Assembly (NCBI GenBank): GCA_015662475.1
Contig: DQUB01000055.1
Span: 1-60,713 of the forward strand
Source: Pyrodictium sp.
GTDB lineage: Archaea > Thermoproteota > Thermoprotei_A > Sulfolobales > Pyrodictiaceae
Direction of reading: 5' to 3'
Length of the DNA stretch: 60,713 nt
The first letter of the stretch is position 1. Each line of letters begins with the position of its first letter. Below, piece after piece: positions 20,141-29,323 of the stretch. The position numbers were made by a program, and so were the translations under genes. The notes beneath the pieces were generated by a model. That model was not told where the DNA came from, made no database searches, and saw nothing but the letters and a program-made list of their open reading frames with translations.

Positions 20141-21402
20141 CTCAACCTATTTCGTCTTAAAAGCATGTCTAAGGTTCTACTTGCTGAACTACGCTTAGAA
20201 GACACTCTTGCTATTGAAACGGGTGTCCACTCAATATCGATGCCATAGCGTTCTAAAACTATCTTCAAACCTTCACGCAACGCTTCACTTTCACTACCAC
20301 TACTTAAAACTGTTATTAGAGTGTCTGCAAGTTCTGCTAAACTTTTATCTCCCAATAGTTTCTCTAGAAGTTCAAGTCTGTCAAGAGGCTTTGTAACATG
20401 TTCTATACCCTCAACAGCTATTCCAATATCATCAGACTTCTTCTCAACGTAAACTCTATAGTCTAGAACAACACGTCTAAGGAAGCGCTCCAAAATGTTT
20501 AGAATTTTAGACTTGTTATATTCTCCGCCCACAACACGTACATAGACAAAGGGTTTCTTGCTAGTTCTACCTCTAGACACGATATCGGCTACAAAACGCT
20601 TTACCTTCAACTCCATAGAATCCACATCATCTATCACAAGCTCATATTGCGGTCTAACTTTTTGCAGTCTTATCTTCTGCCTATACGATACATTATTTCC
20701 AAGCTCTACCAGTACGACGTAGCGTTCAGGTTGCGCTCTAAACTCGTCTACTCGCATAACCTCTGGAGAGCCTGGATACACAGCAACACTATCGCCAATC
20801 TCAAACTCCTTGTATGTGTGAACATGGCCTAGGGCATAGTATGTATAGCCTTTTGGTATATCACCTAACTCCAACTCATAGTCAAAACACGAGCCTCGGA
20901 CACACTGGTGCAACAATAGGATGCTGGGCATGTTGGTTGGAGGATTTGACAGTTTTTTGAGTATAAGTTTAAGCGCACTACTAGAAGTCTTCTTTCTATT
21001 CCCAATACCAGCTACAAAAACTTCTCCTGACCGCGTTTTAACTGTGTAGGTAAGTCTTTGCTCGCTTATTCCAACAAGTCTAACATAGCCAAGCTCTTCT
21101 AGGAGTACTAAGGGTGGTAGAACACGACGTTTAGGCGTATCATGGTCACCTAATATTGCTATAAATGGGATGCCTTTTTCACGCAACCTTCTAAGATGCC
21201 TTATAGCAGTCAGTATTGCTTGAGGTGGAGGCCTTATAGAGTCGAAGAAGTCTCCTGAATGCACTACAAGATCAACGTGTTCTCTTAGAGCAATATCGAT
21301 AATCTCTTCAAATACATCGTACACATCATTTTCTCTCTCAACAATACCATATTGTCTATAACCTAGATGTGTGTCTGAAGTATGTAGCACGTGTACGCTC
21401 AT
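20137..21402 (-). CDS. mre11: DNA double-strand break repair nuclease Mre11
   Basis: SDTHLG, HSGD.FD, GDHD, ALGHVH, YPGSPE; coupled to rad50. Confidence 0.95.
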   Translation of the reverse strand: MSVHVLHTSDTHLGYRQYGIVERENDVYDVFEEIIDIALREHVDLVVHSGDFFDSIRPPPQAILTAIRHLRRLREKGIPFIAILGDHDTPKRRVLPPLVLLEELGYVRLVGISEQRLTYTVKTRSGEVFVAGIGNRKKTSSSALKLILKKLSNPPTNMPSILLLHQCVRGSCFDYELELGDIPKGYTYYALGHVHTYKEFEIGDSVAVYPGSPEVMRVDEFRAQPERYVVLVELGNNVSYRQKIRLQKVRPQYELVIDDVDSMELKVKRFVADIVSRGRTSKKPFVYVRVVGGEYNKSKILNILERFLRRVVLDYRVYVEKKSDDIGIAVEGIEHVTKPLDRLELLEKLLGDKSLAELADTLITVLSSGSESEALREGLKIVLERYGIDIEWTPVSIARVSSKRSSASRTLDMLLRRNRLR

Positions 21403-21417
21403 AACATCTAACCTCCT

Positions 21418-22902
21418 TTAACGCGTAAACCCCTTTATCACAGCCTCAACCATTTCATCAACCACATCGTACTCCTCGCTTACTGATGACTGCCATTCTC
21501 TAACTATGTCTGGGTCTGCACCACCAAGTCTTCCCTGGAACTTGTCTATCTTAACAAGTGCTGGTACACGTACAAATGGGCCAATTAGTATTGCCTCACC
21601 CACATTTAAACCTGCAAGCTGTTCTGCAAGATCTTCACTCAAAGTCTCGCTTGCTTCTCTAATATACTTTTGATCTGAAGGCTCAACTATCTTTAAGACA
21701 ATCTTGTTGTTCATCTGGCTTAAAATGTCAACGTCTATAGATTTGGGTCTTTGGCTTACAATCGCTAAACCCACGCCAAACTTTCTACCCTCCCTCGCTA
21801 TCCTAGCCATCCAATACTTTGAAAGAGTGGTTCTATCCTTGGGCGCTAGTATGTGTGCTTCCTCTACGAAGATGAGTATTGGAACTGCTAAACCTTCTCC
21901 AAACCTTTTGTATCTTTTACGCTCATAGAGTATACGTCTTAGGAAGTGGCTTACAACAACATCGGCTGCCTCCTCATCAACACGACTCAGATCAACAATA
22001 TTTGCATAACCATACTTAATCCTACTAACAACGTCTACCACATTTTCGTCAAGTATATCTCGATACTTCTCTTGTAGAGACTCGATCTTGTTTAGCACAG
22101 CTGCAACAGCCTTTGGATCCTCTCTACCTTTTAAGCTTTCTACAGCTTTTATCAACCTATCAATGAAGCTACCCTCTCTAGACTCCATAGCTTTAGCATA
22201 TGCTCTACGGAGAACACGCTCTTGGTTATAGAACCTATGCTCTATACCTAGCAAAACCATTAGCTCAGACACAGTCAGTAGCTCTGGATTCAGTTTCGCA
22301 TCAATGACATTCACCTTGCCCCCTATTGTGGAGCCAACATATTCGCCATGAAAATCGAAGATTAAGACAGTACCACCAATCCTAACAATTCTATCTGCCA
22401 ACACTGCTACAGTGTTGCTTTTACCAGCACCCGTTACAGCAAGTATAGCTAGATGTCTCGTTACAAGCTTGTTTACATCAACGTAGACCGGAACTTCAGG
22501 TCGAGAGAGTAGTGTGCCTATACGTATCATACGAGGTTCTTTACCACCAAACACTTTCTCAAGTATATGCTGAGGCGCCCTATATACCGGCGAACCTGGT
22601 GGTGGCGGTATACGTGGAAGCTCAAATCTTGCTATGTCGCCTATAAGCTTAATTTTACCCTCAAAGAAATTGTCGCCAATTCTACCTTTCAAAAGCCTAG
22701 ATATGACCGTAGGATCTTTTACTCCATCCATTACAGAGAAAGCTGTGTTTCTTGCTCCAACCCATTCAATCATACCCAACACTTGCAAACCATTACCATA
22801 ATTGATTACCACATAATCGCCTAGGAGTGGTGGTTTATCCGAAACAAAACGTACTACCGATGGTGTTGACTCGTCTAACACGTATCCTATAGGCTTTGAC
22901 AA
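21418..22902 (-). CDS. herA: HerA helicase/translocase
   Basis: HAS barrel, RHLAILAVTGAGKSNT, DFHGEY, EEAH, AREGRKFG, SQRP. Confidence 0.95.
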   Translation of the reverse strand: MSKPIGYVLDESTPSVVRFVSDKPPLLGDYVVINYGNGLQVLGMIEWVGARNTAFSVMDGVKDPTVISRLLKGRIGDNFFEGKIKLIGDIARFELPRIPPPPGSPVYRAPQHILEKVFGGKEPRMIRIGTLLSRPEVPVYVDVNKLVTRHLAILAVTGAGKSNTVAVLADRIVRIGGTVLIFDFHGEYVGSTIGGKVNVIDAKLNPELLTVSELMVLLGIEHRFYNQERVLRRAYAKAMESREGSFIDRLIKAVESLKGREDPKAVAAVLNKIESLQEKYRDILDENVVDVVSRIKYGYANIVDLSRVDEEAADVVVSHFLRRILYERKRYKRFGEGLAVPILIFVEEAHILAPKDRTTLSKYWMARIAREGRKFGVGLAIVSQRPKSIDVDILSQMNNKIVLKIVEPSDQKYIREASETLSEDLAEQLAGLNVGEAILIGPFVRVPALVKIDKFQGRLGGADPDIVREWQSSVSEEYDVVDEMVEAVIKGFTR

Positions 22903-22948
22903 GCAATCCCCACTCTAGAGTTTAGAACCAAGTAATATCGGATAACTT

Positions 22949-23527
22949 TTAAGGAGAAAGGCATGTCAATCGGCTACTGTTACGCGAATATATTTGATTA
23001 GGTCTAACAACACTTATAGCGACATATTTCTGCGATCCTCCGTAAACGCTAACACTTTTAACTAGGACTATAATTGTTGGATTTGTGAGATCAACGCTAT
23101 ACTTCTTCTCGCAACTAGCAACTATTGCGTTTACAACATCTAACTTATGAAGCTTCTTCTTCACATCTACATCAACTATGCTGCCTTCAACTCTAATTGC
23201 AATCTTATCGCCTTCCAGAACCTTTTCACTTAATATTCTACAAGCTTCTCTAGCGAACATACTGGTTTTTGGCTGACACACAATGTCTACAGGGATTATG
23301 CGTAGCAGAAATGGTTCATTTACAAACTTCTCACAGTTCTTTTCAACAAACTTGAAGGGGTCTTCGTAGAGTCTTAAGAATAGTACATGTTGAGATGAAC
23401 CAAAAATACTGTAACGTGTTAAACTCGAAAGAAATCTTTCAACTCTGCTTCGAGCACCCCATCGAGGCTCAAACACAACTATTAGGTTGAACAGCTGTTT
23501 ACATAGTCTTTGCAAGGTTTGTCTCAC
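22949..23527 (-). CDS. THUMP-domain RNA-binding protein (Tan1/THUMPD1-like, COG1818)
   Basis: LRIIPVD, IAIRVEG, VDLTNPTIIVLVK THUMP pattern. Confidence 0.8.
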   Translation of the reverse strand: MRQTLQRLCKQLFNLIVVFEPRWGARSRVERFLSSLTRYSIFGSSQHVLFLRLYEDPFKFVEKNCEKFVNEPFLLRIIPVDIVCQPKTSMFAREACRILSEKVLEGDKIAIRVEGSIVDVDVKKKLHKLDVVNAIVASCEKKYSVDLTNPTIIVLVKSVSVYGGSQKYVAISVVRPNQIYSRNSSRLTCLSP

Positions 23528-25506
23528 ACCTTGGCTGCTTCTAGTGAAGCCATATACTCATCAAAGCTCTTCACCACTACTGTTCCATAGCCAACTATTA
23601 TGATTTTATCGGGAGACAAGGCTTTGAGCACTTCTAGACGATTTGTCGCTACTACTAACGTTATACCTGCATTGCGACAAAGTTGCGACAATTTTCGAGC
23701 TACACGCTGTGCAGTTTGAGGGTCCAAATGAGCTGCAAACTCGTCTACAACTAGCAGATTTGGTTTTGATGCTATAAGACTTGCAAGTTTTGCTCTCTCC
23801 TTCTGACCTGTAGACAGCTCCGTGATCTTAGCCCTATAGAATATCGCGTCTGAAAGCCCAACAGCATTTAATATCTCAACTGCAGTAGCTGCATCGCCAG
23901 TTTTACGCGAAATATGTTCAAGTATTGTTTCTTCGCCAAATTCAGGCTCATGTTCACCCGGCAACAGGTATTCAACTTTAGCATTCTTAGGAACCTTTAT
24001 AACACCCTCCGAAGGTCTATAATTTTCATCCTCCATCTGCTTTACTGCCCCTATTAGGAGTCTCAATAGCGTTGTTTTGCCTGCACCAGAAGCTCCTACA
24101 ACTGCCACAATTTCTCCAGGCTCTATTCTAAGGTTTACATCACGCAAGACATATCGTTCAACTACACGTCTTTCTGCACCAAAAGCCTTTAACACATCTT
24201 GTAATTCTTTAGACAACTTTGCAACGTCCAAGACATTACGATACTTTTTCGTAACATTCTCAAAGACTATTGGTCCGCTAAGCTTCTCAACCTTGCCAAA
24301 TCGTGGAACGAATAGCTTGCCTCTATGCTGTTTCGCTATAGGATCTTTTCTTAGAAACTCTTCTATCCTCCTCCTCGCCTCTTCAGTTAATGGGTACATT
24401 AGGACGGGTCTACCACTCGCTGTATCCCACATGTAGACAAAGCCTGCTTTTTCAAAGAACGGGTTGTATCTTGCCATTTGCGCTATTGTTTCAACTACAT
24501 GCTTCTTGCGTTTCATTTCAGGTATTCTTCTCTCTGCAATCCACTGTACAGCGAGTTTAACGGCTAAAACGCCAAGTCCATCACCTCTATAGTCGGGGTG
24601 TATCACTACACGAGCTATGCGTGCTGCAGCAGTATTAGCTCTGCGCAGCGCCTCTTCAGCTATTTCCTCACCTACAACAGCTCTTGCAATACGTTTACTG
24701 CCATAAAGTTCTGCTAGTTGTTTATACCTCCTAATTATCTCTAGACGACGTGTATAGGCTAGAGGCCAAAAGGTTGGGTGAAACCAGTCCTTGGGAAACA
24801 CCTTCTCCCTAATCATTTTCTCTATCCTAACAGAGCCATTGACAACGACGCGTCTATGCATGAGAGGAATCGGAGTATCAACTCTTACGTAGCCAACAAC
24901 TCTTGGTTCATGAGGCTCTCTTACAGCTAGTTCGAGGATCAAAAATCTTGAGGATGGTAGACTACCTCTAATTTCCTGCAGTTTTGTTGGAACACCATCC
25001 TCGGGACAGCTAGGCTGAACATTTGACTGGAAGTATTTGCCACATATAGGACACTTCCAAATAGCTACTATCTCTTCTCTGCTAGCGTAGTGGTATTGTT
25101 CTAACGCAACTATCTCTTGGTAATCCTCCTCGAATACTGCTTCTCGAGCAACCACAACGTACTCGTAGATTGGCTTGCCTCGAACAGGATCGCTTCTAAC
25201 TAGACGCACCTCTTTCCTCCAAGGAGGCCAAACTTGGATTCGTTCACCTTCCCATACCCTCCAAAGCAAGAACGAATCTCTTTCAGCAATGTTCACGCCA
25301 TCAACGTGGTCGGGTTCACGGAGCAGTTTCAGTATAAGTTTTTCACCAGGTGCAAGCCAACGAGCTATACTAGCTGGCATAAGAAGGCATAAACGTGCAG
25401 ACTCATAGCGAACTAGAAGACAGCCTTGCCATCTAACGCCTACACGCGGTACAACAACCTTCTCCACTAGAACCTCAACCTCTTTCAACACTGGTATACT
25501 CTGCAC
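23524..25506 (-). CDS. GNAT acetyltransferase fused to ABC-type ATPase (COG2401-like) with Zn ribbon
   Basis: LEQYHY, CPICG..CPEDG, ARIARVVIHPDYRGDGLG acyl-CoA motif, NPFFEKAGF, GASGAGKTT, LSTGQ, LLVVDEF. Confidence 0.9.
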   Translation of the reverse strand: MQSIPVLKEVEVLVEKVVVPRVGVRWQGCLLVRYESARLCLLMPASIARWLAPGEKLILKLLREPDHVDGVNIAERDSFLLWRVWEGERIQVWPPWRKEVRLVRSDPVRGKPIYEYVVVAREAVFEEDYQEIVALEQYHYASREEIVAIWKCPICGKYFQSNVQPSCPEDGVPTKLQEIRGSLPSSRFLILELAVREPHEPRVVGYVRVDTPIPLMHRRVVVNGSVRIEKMIREKVFPKDWFHPTFWPLAYTRRLEIIRRYKQLAELYGSKRIARAVVGEEIAEEALRRANTAAARIARVVIHPDYRGDGLGVLAVKLAVQWIAERRIPEMKRKKHVVETIAQMARYNPFFEKAGFVYMWDTASGRPVLMYPLTEEARRRIEEFLRKDPIAKQHRGKLFVPRFGKVEKLSGPIVFENVTKKYRNVLDVAKLSKELQDVLKAFGAERRVVERYVLRDVNLRIEPGEIVAVVGASGAGKTTLLRLLIGAVKQMEDENYRPSEGVIKVPKNAKVEYLLPGEHEPEFGEETILEHISRKTGDAATAVEILNAVGLSDAIFYRAKITELSTGQKERAKLASLIASKPNLLVVDEFAAHLDPQTAQRVARKLSQLCRNAGITLVVATNRLEVLKALSPDKIIIVGYGTVVVKSFDEYMASLEAAKV

Positions 25507-26054
25507 AGCTTCTCAGCCCCACCACCCTCCTTACAAACTCTGTAAAGCTTCTTCAATCTTTCAACACCACCTATATCCTCAATAATTTTTGCAACACTTG
25601 ATGGCACCAACTCCTTCCATCTCTCGTCTCCAGCAACAATCATTAACCGTATCTTCTCCCCCGCAAACACCTCTCTACGGAACAACGGTGGGTTTATGAC
25701 ATTCACCCCTATATCACGTGCAACAGACTCCACAATAGGATTACGAGTTGCTATTGCGTGGATAGGGGGAGACAGCATGAGTATGTAGTGTAGCGAGGCA
25801 ATATTCACTTCTAGTGTTGGCGCGGTAATTGTAATGATCTTTGATAGGTCTATGCCTTTTTCGCGCAAAGCTTCTCTAATCATCATGATTCGCTCGCCAG
25901 CTGTAAAAGGGTTCCTCCATGTATGGCTCTCACTAGCCATTCCAATAACAACTACAACTTCGTCAAAGCGCTCTAGCAACCACTCTATAACCGCTAAATG
26001 CCCTTTGTGGAATGGTTGAAAACGACCTATAAAGAGAACCCTACTCAAAGCCAT
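25485..26054 (-). CDS. nadM: Nicotinamide-nucleotide adenylyltransferase (alternative start 26066)
   Basis: GRFQPFHKGH, SHT..NPFTAGER..MI, W.ELVP. Confidence 0.93.
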   Translation of the reverse strand: MALSRVLFIGRFQPFHKGHLAVIEWLLERFDEVVVVIGMASESHTWRNPFTAGERIMMIREALREKGIDLSKIITITAPTLEVNIASLHYILMLSPPIHAIATRNPIVESVARDIGVNVINPPLFRREVFAGEKIRLMIVAGDERWKELVPSSVAKIIEDIGGVERLKKLYRVCKEGGGAEKLCRVYQC

Positions 26055-26066
26055 TCTGGGACCCAT

Positions 26067-27218
26067 GTGAGCAAGACAAGGATATGCTTCGTAGTAAACC
26101 CTATTGCTGGTATGGGAGGACCCTTAGCCCTAAAAGGTACTGATGGTAGAGCTAGATGGGAAGCAATAAGACGAGGTGCCAAACCTGTTTCTCCTGAGCG
26201 TGCAAAGAGGTTTCTTGATAGGCTGGAAAAACTTGGAGTACTAGAGTCAATAGAGTTTTACACCGCCACAGGGTCTATGGGCGAGGAACTGCTAAGAGAA
26301 TACAGTGTAGACTATAGGATTGTCAACGTTGTTGCTAACCCAACTGTTGCTGCAGACACTATTGAGACTGTCATAAGGTGTTGTAGGCAAGGCGTCGATC
26401 TAATAGTCTTTTGCGGAGGTGATGGAACTGCTAGAGATGTAGCCTTGGCTTTGGCTAGCGAGGATCGTAAAGATGTGCCGCTTTTGGGGATTCCATCTGG
26501 CGTGAAAATGTACAGCAGCATCTTCGCTGTAAATCCTGAAGCAGCTGCACAAGCCGTTGCAGAATTTGTTCAGTCTGGAAAAACCACGTGTTGTTGTGAA
26601 GGAGAAGTTGTAGATGTAGATGAAGAAGCGTTTCGGAAAAACATATTGAATGTGAAAATGTTTGCATTAACACAAACTCTCTGCTCGAGATATCTGGTTG
26701 GGATATCGAAACAACCTACGCCAGAAACTCCCGATGAAGAGGAGAATCGAAGAGCTATAGCCAACCACGTACTCGAATACTACGTGAAACCATGCACCCT
26801 CATAATACTCGGACCTGGAACTACCACAAAAGCTATTGCAGATGCGCTTGGCGTAGAGAAAACACTTCTTGGAGTAGATGTCATTCACAACGGGAAACTT
26901 GTAGCAAAAGATGTTGATGGACCTACACTAGAAAAGATTGTCGAGGAGCACTTGAAACGAGGAGGACATGTACTGATCATAGTATCTCCTATAGGTGGGC
27001 AAGGCTTTATATTCGGACGCGGAAACCAACAAATAACACCACGTGTACTCAAACTTGTTGGACGTAACAATATTTTGGTTGTTGCAACACGCTCTAAAAT
27101 CTCTAAACTTAAAAAACTACGTATTGATACTGGCGACCCAGAACTCGACGAAACACTCAAAGGCTATATCAGGGTAGTTGTAGACTACGACGAGGAAGTA
27201 ATTATGAAGGTTGAATGA
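26067..27218 (+). CDS. ATP-NAD kinase-family protein (COG3199)
   Basis: NPIAGMGG..ALKGTDG, GGDGTARD, GVKMYS, TLLGVD, GGQGF.FGRGNQQ; GTG start 26067. Confidence 0.88.
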   Translation: MSKTRICFVVNPIAGMGGPLALKGTDGRARWEAIRRGAKPVSPERAKRFLDRLEKLGVLESIEFYTATGSMGEELLREYSVDYRIVNVVANPTVAADTIETVIRCCRQGVDLIVFCGGDGTARDVALALASEDRKDVPLLGIPSGVKMYSSIFAVNPEAAAQAVAEFVQSGKTTCCCEGEVVDVDEEAFRKNILNVKMFALTQTLCSRYLVGISKQPTPETPDEEENRRAIANHVLEYYVKPCTLIILGPGTTTKAIADALGVEKTLLGVDVIHNGKLVAKDVDGPTLEKIVEEHLKRGGHVLIIVSPIGGQGFIFGRGNQQITPRVLKLVGRNNILVVATRSKISKLKKLRIDTGDPELDETLKGYIRVVVDYDEEVIMKVE

Positions 27219-27832
27219 GGGCAAAAAGCATGCTACCTCACACACTCCTCAGACCACTACAAATTGTGGAACCACTAGCTCTTCTAATAGCCGCCATTGC
27301 AGCAGCCATAGCGCTAGGCGGTCCTCAGGTCGTATTAGCCCTATACTACGACGCTTTAAGCTATCACTCCGGCATAATCCTAGGCGCTATTTCTGGAATG
27401 ATCCTCCACGAACTAGCACATAAGTACTGTGCAATTAGAGAAGGTTGCCGTGCATCATATGTTTTAACACCCTTCGGTCTAACCATAACATTGTTATCAG
27501 GTTTCATCCCATTTATAGCAATAATAAGTCCAGGTTATGTAGCTATAATGTGCTATCCAACCTCATGGCTTCCCCGTGAACCACGAGAAGACCTTATAGC
27601 TGCAAGCGGTGTTGCCGTAAACCTCATACTATCGTTTATAGCTAGATTGGCACAATCAATAACACCTTTCAGCTTTCACTCCTTCCTGACAGGATTTGCA
27701 CATATAAATGCTTGGATGGCATTCTTCAACCTCCTACCCATACCGCCATTTGATGGTTATCGTATGATAAACAGGATGGCTAGTCTATGGCTAGTAATGT
27801 TCGTAGTGTCTATCCTCATGACATATTACTAG
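27215..27832 (+). CDS. Site-2 protease (peptidase M50)
   Basis: HELAH and FNLLPIPPFDG motifs; hydrophobic. Confidence 0.92.
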   Translation: MRAKSMLPHTLLRPLQIVEPLALLIAAIAAAIALGGPQVVLALYYDALSYHSGIILGAISGMILHELAHKYCAIREGCRASYVLTPFGLTITLLSGFIPFIAIISPGYVAIMCYPTSWLPREPREDLIAASGVAVNLILSFIARLAQSITPFSFHSFLTGFAHINAWMAFFNLLPIPPFDGYRMINRMASLWLVMFVVSILMTYY

Positions 27833-27880
27833 CCCCAATTCCACTAATGTTTAACATGTTTTAAACTATGTGTAGGGAGA

Positions 27881-28630
27881 GTGCCAGAAAAAGAAGTTGC
27901 GTGGAATTTAACAGAGCAAAAAGAACGTTATAGAAGAGAACAGGGGCCACGAAGTCCTCTAGTAGAAGCCATCGCCGTCCTCCTTCTTGCACGGCCTATG
28001 AGAGCAGCTGAAATAGCACAAACACTAGGCTATCCAACACGCTACATCAGCAGCTATCTTAGCTATTGGAAAGCTAGAGGTTATTTCGAAAATGTGAGTG
28101 GTTATTGGCAACTTACTGCGAAAGGCGAGGAGTTTGCGAGACAGGTTATAGAAAAGAGGCTCAACGGTAGAGTATCACAATTTGCAGCGCTTGCACGCCA
28201 GATAATAGAAGATGTGTGGGGTGAACAGATTAAACAGACAAGAAACCGCAAAAGAGTGGGCAAGCCAGCCGAGCAATCATCTCAATTCTTGCCGTTTATT
28301 GCTGCTGATAAAGGTAAAAGCGGCAATAAACGAAAAACGGCTATCCATCCTATCCACTGTCTAGCAAGTATTATAGATGTTGACGAGCTTTCTGATGAAG
28401 AGCTTGAAATATTAGAAATAATGATCAACCATTATGTGAAGTGGGGCTCCACATACATGTATATAGACCAACTACAACAAAAGTTGGATGCTGACCCAGC
28501 ATGGCTACTTAAAGTATTGAAAAGTTTACAGTCAAAAGGCATCATATACATCTACAACGATCGCCGTTTAGGCACAAGAATAGGTTTTTCAAAAAGACTT
28601 AGGGATCAAATCACAACATGTAAACCCTAA
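27881..28630 (+). CDS. whiP: Winged-helix replication initiator protein WhiP
   Basis: GPRS.LVEAI.VLL.ARP.R..EIA..LG....YISSYLSYWK N-terminal wHTH, basic linker, second wHTH; recalled similarity to Sulfolobus/Aeropyrum WhiP. Confidence 0.85.
   Translation: MPEKEVAWNLTEQKERYRREQGPRSPLVEAIAVLLLARPMRAAEIAQTLGYPTRYISSYLSYWKARGYFENVSGYWQLTAKGEEFARQVIEKRLNGRVSQFAALARQIIEDVWGEQIKQTRNRKRVGKPAEQSSQFLPFIAADKGKSGNKRKTAIHPIHCLASIIDVDELSDEELEILEIMINHYVKWGSTYMYIDQLQQKLDADPAWLLKVLKSLQSKGIIYIYNDRRLGTRIGFSKRLRDQITTCKP
28293..28332. repeat. 14-bp inverted repeat inside the whiP linker
   Basis: CGTTTATTGCTGCT-12 nt-AGCGGCAATAAACG, 13/14 complementary. Confidence 0.8.
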
Positions 28631-28941
28631 CAAGACTACTACCTACCTCCATAACCCTCCAATTAGTAATACAGAACCCGGCATACCAGCCTCTTCTTGA
28701 GTGCAACTTTAAAGAGAATGCCATTGGTGTACACCAAATATCGCTTCTCTAACCCTAATCCTCTCATCAATCCAAATATAGTTTAGCCAAACAATATAGA
28801 GATACAACAAAAATGTGTAAATCAAAATAGCAAATGTTTAAACTTCCAATAAAATGTCATTGTTGAGGCACAATATTGCTCTGTAAAAAGGAGAGCAGTG
28901 GGATGAGATAACACCTGCCTGTGGTAGTAGTGGTAGTGGTT
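28631..28941. other. Candidate WhiP-associated replication origin region
   Basis: About 310-bp gap after whiP with an A/T-rich core near 28770-28860; ACTACTACC (28635) and GGTAGTAGT (28923) inverted ends. Confidence 0.4.
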
Positions 28942-29157
28942 TTAGAGGCCAAAAGCTCTTCTTCTGTTACGTAGCTTTACATCCCAATAGAGTTTTTTGA
29001 TTTCATGTGTTAGTTTTGTTTCAATTTTTGTACCGTTTTTTAAAAGTATAATTACCGTATTTGATTTTATGATCATGTCAAGTATGTTATTTATATCAAG
29101 AGGTGGCTGCAATGTAGTATCTATGGAATGCTGAGAAGATACATGGTCTGCTCGCAT
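28942..29157 (-). CDS. Small hypothetical protein
   Basis: 71-aa ORF, GGAGGTG upstream, basic C-terminus. Confidence 0.5.
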   Translation of the reverse strand: MRADHVSSQHSIDTTLQPPLDINNILDMIIKSNTVIILLKNGTKIETKLTHEIKKLYWDVKLRNRRRAFGL

Positions 29158-29227
29158 AATGTGTCTTGGCCACCTCCGCTAGAATATTTGGTAGGGGTTT
29201 GGGATGTTTAAAAAGTTAGTGTATGTG

Positions 29228-29298
29228 GGGATGAAGATGTTTATGGGGACTGAAACTTTGACTGTTTTGATATGATGATTGGGGACCTCGCCTGACCC
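29228..29298 (+). ncRNA. Box C/D guide sRNA
   Basis: GGG/CCC stem; C ATGAAGA - TGTTTATGGGGA - D' CTGA - C' ATGATGA - TTGGGGACCTCGC - D CTGA; TTTAAAAA TATA-like element at 29207. Confidence 0.85.
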
Positions 29299-29323
29299 AA
29301 AACACCATTTTCATGGATTGTCA

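Noticed and set aside
28660..28830. Short minus-strand ORFs of 34-38 aa in the gap after whiP
   Set aside because: No SD or motif; expected by chance in T-rich sequence.
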